Positions 9,350 through 17,402 of a stretch of 64,000 bases of DNA are shown here, one piece after another (positions within the stretch are counted from its first letter, which is position 1; every line of letters begins with the position of its first letter). Below the pieces are notes generated by a model, which was not told the DNA's origin, did not search any database, and saw only the letters and a program-made list of their open reading frames with translations. The position numbers were made by a program, and so were the translations under genes. This DNA is from a bacterium. Lineage in GTDB: Bacteria; UBA10199; JACPAL01; GCA-016699445. Location: assembly GCA_036274695.1 (NCBI GenBank), contig DASUFF010000044.1, positions 484 through 64,483 of the forward strand. Direction: 5' to 3'.

Positions 9350-9828
9350 TCTCCGTCATCCGGGTTTTTCGTCAGCCGCGCGAGGGCTCGCCGTTTGGCC
9401 CGCCCGAAGCGCCGGGAGGGATCAGTTTCGAAATTTTCCGGATGGTCCACTGCGATCTGGAATTCCTTCGAGTTCAAAACCCCGCAGCCCTTCTTTTCGG
9501 CGTGCCGCATGACCTCGATGTCGGAGGAGACGACGATGGCCGCCGGTCCCCATTGGGAAGCCGCGGCTTTGATCCAATCGTCCGCCCGCTGGCCGCTCGC
9601 GGTGAAGACGACGCGGAAACCTCGGTCGATGGATTCGGTGGGTCGGGAGGCGTCGGTCTTATAGGCGTCGAAGACCACCGAGACGTCGAACTCCTTCAAT
9701 TGGGGCCTTTTCGCCAGCCATTCCAAGACCGCCGTTCGGCCCTTGTCGTGGCCGCGGATGGCCTCATCCCGGAACAGGCGGTCCTGCCAGAGGAAGTTAT
9801 AGCCGTCGATGAGGATCCGGGTGGCCAT
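9346..9828 (-). CDS. NYN/YacP-like nuclease domain protein
   Basis: The N-terminal RILIDGYNFLW motif is typical of YacP-like NYN domains. The start is set at the Met directly before it; the ORF is open up to 9852. Confidence 0.6.
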   Translation of the reverse strand: MATRILIDGYNFLWQDRLFRDEAIRGHDKGRTAVLEWLAKRPQLKEFDVSVVFDAYKTDASRPTESIDRGFRVVFTASGQRADDWIKAAASQWGPAAIVVSSDIEVMRHAEKKGCGVLNSKEFQIAVDHPENFETDPSRRFGRAKRRALARLTKNPDDGE

Positions 9829-9923
9829 GACGCAAATTAAGCGGAAGCCCAAATCCGGCGCAACTCCCTTCCCGGTCCGACGAAGAGGAGGACATCTCGG
9901 GTGGACTGTCTTAAGGAGTCTTT

Positions 9924-10466
9924 ATGGGTGACCTAGACGTCGTGGCCTTGAACCGGGTCCTGAAGTGGATCGGGCTCGAGATGACCTCCCCGCAGGAAGT
10001 CCGCGTCCTCGCCGACCCCTCCCAGGGGCCTTATGTCCGGAAACCTCAAACCCTAGTCGGCGTCTTCACCGATCCCGCCCCTAACGGCGGATATGCGTTG
10101 AGCCGGACGCCCCAACTGGACCGCATCGTGCGGTCCTTCGCGCCGCTGGGGACCTCCGTTTGGACGGAAAGCCCTCTTCCGAGCCCCGCGGAGAAGCGGG
10201 CCATCTTGGACACCGTGCGCACTCAGATGCAGATCCCCGGCGCCGATGCCTCCTCCCGTCACGGACGCATCCTGGCGACGACCCTCTACTGGAACGCCGT
10301 CAAGTCGCTTCGATTAAGCCCCTCCGAGGCCCGCCGCGAGGCCGCGACCCTTCGCGGGATCATCGAGACGCGCAAGCAAGCCTCCGACCAGCCGTCCCAG
10401 GAAATCGCCCGTAATGCGGCGCTGGCCCTCGCGGTATTGATCGAAGCCTATCCGAATGCTAAATAA
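9924..10466 (+). CDS. hypothetical protein
   Basis: ORF with a plausible RBS (aaggag, 6 nt upstream). No motif recognised. Confidence 0.45.
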   Translation: MGDLDVVALNRVLKWIGLEMTSPQEVRVLADPSQGPYVRKPQTLVGVFTDPAPNGGYALSRTPQLDRIVRSFAPLGTSVWTESPLPSPAEKRAILDTVRTQMQIPGADASSRHGRILATTLYWNAVKSLRLSPSEARREAATLRGIIETRKQASDQPSQEIARNAALALAVLIEAYPNAK

Positions 10467-10472
10467 GAGGAC

Positions 10473-11795
10473 GTGCTCTTCGACCTGCTCGCGGAATCCC
10501 GAAAAATCATCGGCATCGACACCTCGGGGTCCAAAGGGACCCGGTCCCTCGTCCGTCATCTCCTTCCGTATTGCGAGGCGATCGGCCTGAAAGCGGAACT
10601 TCTGGGGCCCCGGTCCGGCCGCGAGGCGGACGTGAACCTGGTGGCCCATACGGTCCGGAAGGGCTCCAAAAACCTGTGCCCCGGCGGGCTCGCCCTCGTC
10701 ACGCACCTGGACACCGTGCCCGGCGGCGAGCCGGCGTATTGGACCGAGACCGGCGGCGATCCCTGGAAGGCGACGTTGAAGGAAGACAGGCTCTACGGGC
10801 TGGGCAGCGCGGACACCAAACTCGATTTTCTCTGCAAGCTCCTCGCCCTGGAAAAGGTGGGGGTGAAGAACCTCAAGACGCCGGTCGCCTTGATCGGCAC
10901 GTTCGGCGAGGAAAGATCCCTGGGCGGCGCGCGCTGGCTGAGGGACAGCGGGCGGCTGACTCCGAAGTTCGCCGCCATCGGCGAACCGTGCGAGCTGAAG
11001 GCCGTGGTCGCCCACAAGGGCATCCTTTACATGAGGGCCCTGTTTAAGACGCAGGTGGGAGGAAAGCGCTCGTCGCCGTTCATCACCGAACACTTCCGCG
11101 GCAAGGCGGCGCACGGTTCCATGCCCCATCTCGGGGAAAACGCCATCGAGAAGGCGATCCGTTGGATGCGTGACCGGAAGGGTACGGAGGTCGCCGAAAT
11201 CCAGGGGGGGACGGTCCACAACGTCGTCCCTGAATCCTGCCGCGTGTCGGTGCAGGAAGGGGAGGGGCCCGCCCCGCGCGCGAACTTCCTCGTCACTTTC
11301 CTCGCGTATTTGGAGAAGGCGCGGGCCTATCTGAAGACGCACCGGAACGAGGACTTCGATCCTCCTTATACGACGGACAACGTCGGCGTCGTCCGCATGC
11401 CGGACGTCGAAACCATCGAGATCGAATTCGACTTCCGCCTGATCCCGGAGACGGATGAAAAGACGCTTTTGGAGATCTTCGAATCTTTCGAACACGAGGT
11501 ACCCGGAGGGAAGATCGAAAAGATCCGATCCAATCCGCCGCTCAACACCGCCAAAAACTCCGAGATGGTGCGGCGCATCGGCCGCGCCCAGACGGCCGTC
11601 CGTCTGCACAAGGCCTTCGTGGTCAAGTCCGGCAACACCGAGGGCCCGATCTTCGCGGAGATGGGGGCCCAGGCCGTCGTCACCGGGCCCGGCCGGTCGG
11701 TCGGCAACATCCATGCGCCCAACGAGCACAACGAGGTTTCCCAAATCCTCAAGGCCGTGGATTTCTACACGGCGTTTCTAAAGGGATTCTGCTAA
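10473..11795 (+). CDS. M20-family deacylase (ArgE/DapE-like)
   Basis: LVTHLDTVP and GLGSADTKLDF metal and catalytic motifs of the ArgE/DapE family. GTG start with an agagga RBS. Confidence 0.75.
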   Translation: MLFDLLAESRKIIGIDTSGSKGTRSLVRHLLPYCEAIGLKAELLGPRSGREADVNLVAHTVRKGSKNLCPGGLALVTHLDTVPGGEPAYWTETGGDPWKATLKEDRLYGLGSADTKLDFLCKLLALEKVGVKNLKTPVALIGTFGEERSLGGARWLRDSGRLTPKFAAIGEPCELKAVVAHKGILYMRALFKTQVGGKRSSPFITEHFRGKAAHGSMPHLGENAIEKAIRWMRDRKGTEVAEIQGGTVHNVVPESCRVSVQEGEGPAPRANFLVTFLAYLEKARAYLKTHRNEDFDPPYTTDNVGVVRMPDVETIEIEFDFRLIPETDEKTLLEIFESFEHEVPGGKIEKIRSNPPLNTAKNSEMVRRIGRAQTAVRLHKAFVVKSGNTEGPIFAEMGAQAVVTGPGRSVGNIHAPNEHNEVSQILKAVDFYTAFLKGFC

Positions 11796-11801
11796 AATCT
11801 A

Positions 11802-11843
11802 CCTCCCCAACCCCTCCTTAATAAGGAGGGGCTTAGGGGAGGT
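11802..11843. repeat. solo GC-rich nested palindromic element (outer arms cctcccc/ggggagg, inner hairpin cccctcctt-aat-aaggagggg)
   Basis: Read directly from the sequence. It sits between the M20 gene stop and the AstA-like start. The same architecture is found split around the DUF559 gene at 14175-14671. Confidence 0.85.
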
Positions 11844-11850
11844 GGCCTTT

Positions 11851-12696
11851 ATGTCTTACATGATCCGACCCGCACGTCTGCTCGACGCCGACACGCTGTC
11901 CGACCTCTCGGGCTCTCTCTCGGCCCGCGGCTTTCTCACCCTCCCGGCCAAGCCCGAAGAGTTGGAGCGGTTGATCGCCGTCTCGGAGCAGTCCTTCCGG
12001 GGGGCGCTCAAGGACCCCGACCAGGGCCGCTACGTCTTCGTGATGGAGGACATGGGCAAACGGCGCGTGATCGGCTGCTCGCTCATCGTCGCGCGCCACG
12101 GCACGGAAGACTCGCCCCACCTGTATTTTCAGGTCGACGAGGAGAAGGGGACGATCAACTTTCAGTCCGATCCCGTCGGCCGCACGGAATTGGGGGGCTT
12201 GATCCTGGACCCGGCCTACCGCGGCAAGCCGGCGAAGCTGGGCAAGGGCCTGTCGCTGATCCGCCTCCTTTATATCAAACGGAATCCCAAGCTCTTTAAG
12301 GACGACCTGCTGGCGGAGTTCCTCCCGCCCTTCACCCCCGACGGCAAATCGCACTTGTGGGAATCGCTCGGCCGGCGCCTGACCGGCATGGGCTACCGCG
12401 AGGCCGACGAAAAATCCCGGCGCGACAAGCGCTTCGTCCTCTCTCTCTTCCCGCGCGGGCCGATCCTCGTCAGCTCGCTCTCGGAGGAGGCTCAGATGTC
12501 CATCGGCGTCGTCGGCTCGGAGACGGAAGGGGCGGTGAAGATGCTCAAATCCGTCGGATTCGAGTACCTCCGCCAGATCGACCCCTTCGACGGCGGGCCG
12601 CATTATGGAGCGAAGAAGGACGCGGTGAAATACGACGTCGTGGAAGATTTCCTCTTCGAACAGACGGAGATCAAATGGATGTTCACGCCGTCTTGA
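11851..12696 (+). CDS. arginine N-succinyltransferase (AstA)-family protein, short form
   Basis: Collinear with AstA along its length: MIRPARLLD..., LTLPAKPEELERLI, YVFVMED, LILDPAYRGK, HLWESLGRR, EEAQMSIGVV, IDPFDGGP. It lacks the roughly 60-aa C-terminal part of E. coli AstA. The start is uncertain (11842, 11851 or 11860). Confidence 0.7.
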   Translation: MSYMIRPARLLDADTLSDLSGSLSARGFLTLPAKPEELERLIAVSEQSFRGALKDPDQGRYVFVMEDMGKRRVIGCSLIVARHGTEDSPHLYFQVDEEKGTINFQSDPVGRTELGGLILDPAYRGKPAKLGKGLSLIRLLYIKRNPKLFKDDLLAEFLPPFTPDGKSHLWESLGRRLTGMGYREADEKSRRDKRFVLSLFPRGPILVSSLSEEAQMSIGVVGSETEGAVKMLKSVGFEYLRQIDPFDGGPHYGAKKDAVKYDVVEDFLFEQTEIKWMFTPS

Positions 12697-13583
12697 TGGG
12701 GGATCCCTCCGAGTTTCACATCGCCGGAGGCGCGAACCCCTTCACGCGGACCTGGTGGGGGCGGAAGAAATACGTCAACCGCATGAAGGCGATCGAACAG
12801 TGGAAGGCCCTTCACGACCTTCTGATCTCGATGGGGCTCAAGGTCCTCACCCTCCCCGCATCCCACGAAAATCCCGGCCTCGTGTACCCCGCCAACTACG
12901 GCGTGCGGCTGGGCAACGCCTACGTCCTGTCCAACCTCCTGCCCACGCGCGCCGGCGAGCGGCCGGTCTACGAGCGGTTTTTGAAAAATTTAGGCCTACA
13001 GACCGTCTCCATCCGCAGCCGCTTCGAGGGCGAGGCGGAGTTCTTTCCGGTCGGCAAGCGATGGATCTTCACCTACGGGGCCGTCAAGCAGCAGGGCTTC
13101 AAACCCCAATTTTCCATCCCGCCCTGGACGCGTGTCTATGGGTTCCGCACGGAGCGACACGCGATGTACGAGCTTCAGAAATACCTGGCCCCCGGGACGG
13201 AGATCTTGGATTTCGAGCTGATCGAGGAGTCGCACTATCACGGCGACACCGTCTTCTGCTCCTTCGGCCCGCACCGGGAATTCTTGATCGCCTACCTGGA
13301 AGGCATCTTGGAGGCCGACCGCGAACGGTGCCGCCACATCTTTAAGGAGAACTTGATCGTTTTATCGTCGAAGGACGCCTTCTACTATGCCGCCAACTCC
13401 TTTCAGGTGGAGACGCCGGAGGGTTTGAAGCTCATCGTCCCCGAGGGCGTGAGCCGGGCCCTGCTCGATCAGATCCGCGAGCGCGGCGTGACGCCGGTGA
13501 CCATCGACGTCTCCGAGTTTTTGAAAAAGGGCGGCGGGGCGGTGAAATGCATGATAGGGGATTTGGGAAAGCTCTCGACTTGA
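12675..13583 (+). CDS. amidinotransferase / DDAH / arginine deiminase-fold (guanidino-group modifying) enzyme
   Basis: FEGEAEFF, HYHGDTVF and a C-terminal GGGAVKCMIG (catalytic Cys context) fit the fold. The ATG at 12675 overlaps the AstA-like stop by 22 nt. The longer track ORF from 12357 is Arg-rich shadow sequence. Confidence 0.65.
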   Translation: MDVHAVLMGDPSEFHIAGGANPFTRTWWGRKKYVNRMKAIEQWKALHDLLISMGLKVLTLPASHENPGLVYPANYGVRLGNAYVLSNLLPTRAGERPVYERFLKNLGLQTVSIRSRFEGEAEFFPVGKRWIFTYGAVKQQGFKPQFSIPPWTRVYGFRTERHAMYELQKYLAPGTEILDFELIEESHYHGDTVFCSFGPHREFLIAYLEGILEADRERCRHIFKENLIVLSSKDAFYYAANSFQVETPEGLKLIVPEGVSRALLDQIRERGVTPVTIDVSEFLKKGGGAVKCMIGDLGKLST

Positions 13584-13596
13584 GGAGACACGCCGC

Positions 13597-14196
13597 ATGG
13601 ATCCGGAAAACGTCCGCCTCGCCGCGCCCGGCGCGGGGCTTCCCTTCCTCGAATACCTGGTCTCCCGCTATTACTGGTTCCCGAAATTTTGCAAAAGCAC
13701 GACCTGGGACCAGGCGCACGCCCTGTTCCAAAAACAGGGCGCCCGTCTGCTCGCCATCGCGCGGGAATTGCCGGAGGGCCAACGGACGATCCGCGTGCTG
13801 ATCCCGCGCGTTCCGGGCATCGAGGACAGCTCGCGCCACTGGTCGGTGGCCATGGTGCTGGAGCACCTGATGATCGTCGGCAAACTCATGGGCGAAGGCA
13901 TCGTCGAATTGACCCACGGCCGCATCCCGGACTGGGACATCTCGACGGCGGACGTGAAGCCCCGAGGCGGTTTGGAAGGCTCCGTCGTGATTGCGGACTA
14001 CGAAAAGTTTCTGAAGCGTTTCGAACAGCAGGTGATGACGGAGGCGGGCGACCGCGCCTCGGGCGCGCGGCTGAAACATCCCTGGTTCGGGAGGTTAAAC
14101 GCCCATCAGTGGCTGTGCTTGGCGGGGGCGCATCAGAAGGTGCACCGGGTTCAGGGGGAGAGGATCAGGAAGAACCTCCCCCAGCCCCCTCCTTAA
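13597..14196 (+). CDS. DinB/DUF1569-like helical-bundle protein
   Basis: HWSVAMVLEHL and the C-terminal HPWFGRLNAHQWLCLAGAHQKVH pattern. The last codons and the stop lie inside the palindromic element. Confidence 0.55.
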   Translation: MDPENVRLAAPGAGLPFLEYLVSRYYWFPKFCKSTTWDQAHALFQKQGARLLAIARELPEGQRTIRVLIPRVPGIEDSSRHWSVAMVLEHLMIVGKLMGEGIVELTHGRIPDWDISTADVKPRGGLEGSVVIADYEKFLKRFEQQVMTEAGDRASGARLKHPWFGRLNAHQWLCLAGAHQKVHRVQGERIRKNLPQPPP

Positions 14197-14608
14197 CAAG
14201 GAGGGGGTTCAGATGGCTGGCTAGTTGGAAGAGGGTGGCTTCTAGGTCTTTGAGAATGGCTTCGTTGGAATAGCGGATCACGTTTAATCCGAGTTCCATA
14301 AAATATTTGGTTCTTTCAGCGTCGTGAAACGCCTGGCGCGGATCCTCGTGAATTTCGCCGTCCACTTCGATGACTAATTTTTGGGATGCGCAGAAAAAAT
14401 CGGCGACGAAGCGGCCGATGCCGTGCTGTCGCCGGAATTTAAGTCCCATAAATTGTTTGGCCCGTAATTTATCCCAGAGTGCGCGCTCCGCCGGCGTCAT
14501 GTTGGCGCGCAACCGCCGCTTAACCTCCAACTTATTCCGATCCCCTCGAAGCGCATGCGTCATGGCATCCGTCTCCAAAACAGCAGACGAATCCATCATC
14601 GTCACCAA
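14165..14608 (-). CDS. DUF559 (Vsr-like endonuclease fold) domain protein
   Basis: TPAERALWDKLR...FRRQHGIGRFVADFFC...LVIEVDGEIH...D..R...L...G..V.R is the DUF559 pattern. The C-terminal tail PLLVKEGAGGG is read through the flanking palindrome. Confidence 0.8.
   Translation of the reverse strand: MVTMMDSSAVLETDAMTHALRGDRNKLEVKRRLRANMTPAERALWDKLRAKQFMGLKFRRQHGIGRFVADFFCASQKLVIEVDGEIHEDPRQAFHDAERTKYFMELGLNVIRYSNEAILKDLEATLFQLASHLNPLLVKEGAGGGSS
14175..14207. repeat. left terminal repeat of the DUF559 cassette (outer arm cctccccc + hairpin ccccctcctt-aac-aaggaggggg)
   Basis: Read directly from the sequence. It is the reverse complement of 14637-14670 apart from the 2-nt linker and one extra G. 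Confidence 0.85.
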
Positions 14609-14636
14609 AACCCATTCAAGTTGTGTCCACGAAAAG

Positions 14637-14670
14637 CCCCCTCCTTGTTAAGGAGGGGGTTGGGGGGAGG
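14637..14670. repeat. right terminal repeat of the DUF559 cassette (hairpin ccccctcctt-gtt-aaggaggggg + outer arm ggggggagg)
   Basis: Read directly from the sequence. The loop gtt is the complement of the left copy's loop aac, so the two copies are inverted. Confidence 0.85.
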
Positions 14671-14688
14671 TCGTCCCGGGCGGCCCGC

Positions 14689-15084
14689 CTAACCCACCAA
14701 CGCCCTCAGAAAGTCAAAAACGGTGATGATCCCGACGATCTTATCCCCTTCCACCACCGGCAGGGCGCCGATGTGTTTGTCGATGACGAGCGCCGCCGCC
14801 TTTTTCAGATCGTCTTCGGGGCCCACCTTGTAGACCTTGGTGATCATGACGTCCTCGACGTGCAGCTCGTCGGTCAGGCGGTAGAGGTCGTTCCACTCCT
14901 TGAAAACGTCCGCGATGTCCGGGCGGCGCAGGTCGCGGTCGGTGACGAAGCCGACCAGGCGGTCGCCGCGCACCACGGGGAGGTGGCGGAAGCCGTTCTT
15001 CTTCATGATCTTGAAGGCGTCCTTCACGGAGGTTTCAGGGGCCACGGTCACTACCTTGGCGGTCATCCAATCCTTGATCTTCAT
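14689..15084 (-). CDS. CBS-pair domain protein
   Basis: MKIKDWMTAKVVTVAPETSVKDAFKIM...HLPVV plus a second CBS repeat VEDVMITKVYKV...GALPVV. aaggag RBS 6 nt upstream. The rest of the 646-aa track ORF is Arg/Pro-rich shadow sequence. Confidence 0.85.
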   Translation of the reverse strand: MKIKDWMTAKVVTVAPETSVKDAFKIMKKNGFRHLPVVRGDRLVGFVTDRDLRRPDIADVFKEWNDLYRLTDELHVEDVMITKVYKVGPEDDLKKAAALVIDKHIGALPVVEGDKIVGIITVFDFLRALVG

Positions 15085-15104
15085 GGGATTCTCCTTCGGC
15101 CGAT

Positions 15105-17363
15105 CTACTCTACAACGGAACGCCGAACTTCGCCATCGGAGAGAGGGAGGTAGGCAAAACCCTTGGCGCCCATCCAATCCTTGAGCGAGGTTTCCAGGCG
15201 GGAAGCGGTGTCCGGATCGGAGGCGATGTAGACGGCGTGCGAGCCGGCGAGCAGGGCGCGGAGCAGGTCGCCGGTGGCGGAGACGGGACCGGCGGCGCCC
15301 AGGTCCAGCGGCGGGGTGACGGAAGAAATCCGGGCGAGTTTCGGAAGAGCCAGACGAAAGACCTCGGGGCCCGCGAGGAGGTTTTCCCGCCGCTCTTCCA
15401 GCGTATCCGGGTGCTTTAAGAAGGCGTTCGGCGGATGGAAGAGGACCAAGGCCTTGGCGCCTGCGCCGGCGGCGTCCTCGAGGCGCTCGGTGAGAGGGGC
15501 CAGTTCCGGCGTGATGCGGACGGCGACGGGTACGCGGACGGCGGCGGCGACGAGTGAGATGACGCGCAGCGGATCGGCCGGACCGCCTTCCTCCCGCGAT
15601 CTGAGAACGATCTCGAGGGCGTCGGCCCCGGCCTGCTCGAGGGCGAAGGCCAAGGCGAGCCAGTTTTTTTCCGTTGAGGCCGCGATCCCGGCGATGACCG
15701 GCACCTCCACCGCCTCCTTCCATTCCTTCAAAAGCTCGGCGTAGCGCTCCAGCGGCGGGCGCGTCTTCTGATTGGGGCCGCGGACGCCCTGGTGAAGGGT
15801 TTCGAAGGTCCGCCACGCCTCGCGGTCCAAGTCTTCTTCGGAGACGGGCCCGAAAAAGACGGCGCCGGCGGGCGATTCGGCCACGGCGCGCCGCTCCGAT
15901 TCGGAGGCCTCCGCCGGCACGCAGGCGATCAGCGGCGTGCGCAGCGAGAATCCCAAATAGCGCGTCCTTAAATCCGCCCGCGCCTGCGAAGGCCGCGCGG
16001 CCTCCCCGCCCAAGGCGGCCTTTCTCTCCAAGGGACGGAGGGGGATGACGGTCTCGGCGTCGGCCAAGGCCTGCCGGGTCCGGTCCATGGCCCGGCGGTG
16101 CGCGGCGACGATGTCCTCGCTGAAATCCCCCCAGCGGTCTTCCACCGCCTCGCGCACGATCTCCTCGGCGCGCTCGCGCGCGAGGCCCAATTGCTTTTCG
16201 GCGTCGATCGAGGCCGACAGGCAGGCGGTGATGACGGGCCCGACGCGCTTGCCCAGCCCGGTTTCCCGGCCGATGGCGTCCAAGTCGATCGAGCGCGGCG
16301 TCTGGCCCGCGGGCGAGACCGTCAGGATCGTTCCTTCCCAGGTGATTTGAAGGTCCGAAGACGAGAGGGGGCGGCGCTCGCCGATGGGGTGCGGGGCGAT
16401 GCGCAGGTGAATCGATCCCCCCGAGGCCTCGGCCATCGTATGCGCTTGGTAATAAGAGGAGGATCGCGGCCCCAAATCCTCCAACCATCCGCGGACGGCG
16501 GCCTCCATCTCGGCCAAGGCCTCCGGGTCCCGCGCGCGAAGGACGGCCTTCCAAACGTCGGCGGGACCGTCGCCCGAGGCGAGCGGCGGCAGAGCCAAAA
16601 GGGGCGGCAGGTTCACGAACCACGACCACCCGCCCACGATGCCCTCGTGCAGGGCCGAGAGGACGTCGGCGCGCAGGAGCTCCGAGGTCATCAGCTCGCG
16701 CGTGGTGGACGGCAAGGCCTCGAGAAAGGCCCGCGCCGGCAACGGCCGGACCAGCTTCAAGGAGACCAGCGCGGTCTTTTCATCGCGGAGATTCTCCGCC
16801 TCCGCGCCCGCGGTCACGCAGACGCGCGCGGCGTCGGCCGGGCCGGTGAATCGGCAGAGGCGCAACGCCCGCCCCGTCAACGCCTCGAAGCGTTGGAAGA
16901 GGGCGGCCAGGCGGTCGGAAAACGCCTCCTTCCCCCCGCGGGGCGTGATTTGGTCCAAATGTTTCAACTCCTCTTCGGAGAGAACGTCGCTCTTGGCCAG
17001 TTCCTCGCCGACCCAGCGCCGGTCGTAGGCGTGCAGGAGGGGCGTCGACGCCGCGCGTGCGGCGATCAAGGCGATCGCGCCCAAGTCCGCCGCTTCCTGC
17101 GAGGAGCCGGAGATCAAGACGGGCAATCCCAAGGCCAGGAAGGGCGAGAGATCGGAGGCATGGTCGTAGACGATGTGCAGAGCCGCCGGCCGGCCCTCTT
17201 CGAGGGCCTTTCGTAAGGCCGGGATCAGGCCGATGGCCTCTTCGACGCGGACGACGGAGGACAAGCGGTCGCCGGCGTCCGTCAAGACGGCGGCCGCGCG
17301 GGCGACGGCCTCGTTGCCCGTGAGGATTTTCCAATAAGGCTTGCGCAAGATGCGCCGTTTCAT
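15105..17363 (-). CDS. multidomain protein: 2-oxoacid:ferredoxin oxidoreductase-like N-terminal and gamma-like regions fused to a DHOD/DPD-like TIM-barrel region
   Basis: The N-terminus ILTGNEAVARAA resembles the PFOR alpha start. The mid-region ASGGSIHLRIAPHPI resembles the PFOR gamma RGG..HLRI motif. The C-terminal PVIAGIAAS...AGADALEIVL...VPVAVRITPE...AGAKALVLF resembles the DHOD-family barrel. No CxxCxxC ferredoxin motif was seen. Confidence 0.45.
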   Translation of the reverse strand: MKRRILRKPYWKILTGNEAVARAAAVLTDAGDRLSSVVRVEEAIGLIPALRKALEEGRPAALHIVYDHASDLSPFLALGLPVLISGSSQEAADLGAIALIAARAASTPLLHAYDRRWVGEELAKSDVLSEEELKHLDQITPRGGKEAFSDRLAALFQRFEALTGRALRLCRFTGPADAARVCVTAGAEAENLRDEKTALVSLKLVRPLPARAFLEALPSTTRELMTSELLRADVLSALHEGIVGGWSWFVNLPPLLALPPLASGDGPADVWKAVLRARDPEALAEMEAAVRGWLEDLGPRSSSYYQAHTMAEASGGSIHLRIAPHPIGERRPLSSSDLQITWEGTILTVSPAGQTPRSIDLDAIGRETGLGKRVGPVITACLSASIDAEKQLGLARERAEEIVREAVEDRWGDFSEDIVAAHRRAMDRTRQALADAETVIPLRPLERKAALGGEAARPSQARADLRTRYLGFSLRTPLIACVPAEASESERRAVAESPAGAVFFGPVSEEDLDREAWRTFETLHQGVRGPNQKTRPPLERYAELLKEWKEAVEVPVIAGIAASTEKNWLALAFALEQAGADALEIVLRSREEGGPADPLRVISLVAAAVRVPVAVRITPELAPLTERLEDAAGAGAKALVLFHPPNAFLKHPDTLEERRENLLAGPEVFRLALPKLARISSVTPPLDLGAAGPVSATGDLLRALLAGSHAVYIASDPDTASRLETSLKDWMGAKGFAYLPLSDGEVRRSVVE

Positions 17364-17402
17364 ACCACAGACGGCGGCTTTTGCCCAGAGCCCAGAAGGG
17401 GT

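Noticed and set aside
14623-15153. 176-aa plus-strand ORF starting MSTKSPLLVKEGVGG
   Set aside because: The N-terminus is simply the palindromic repeat read in frame, and the remainder is antisense to the well-supported CBS gene.
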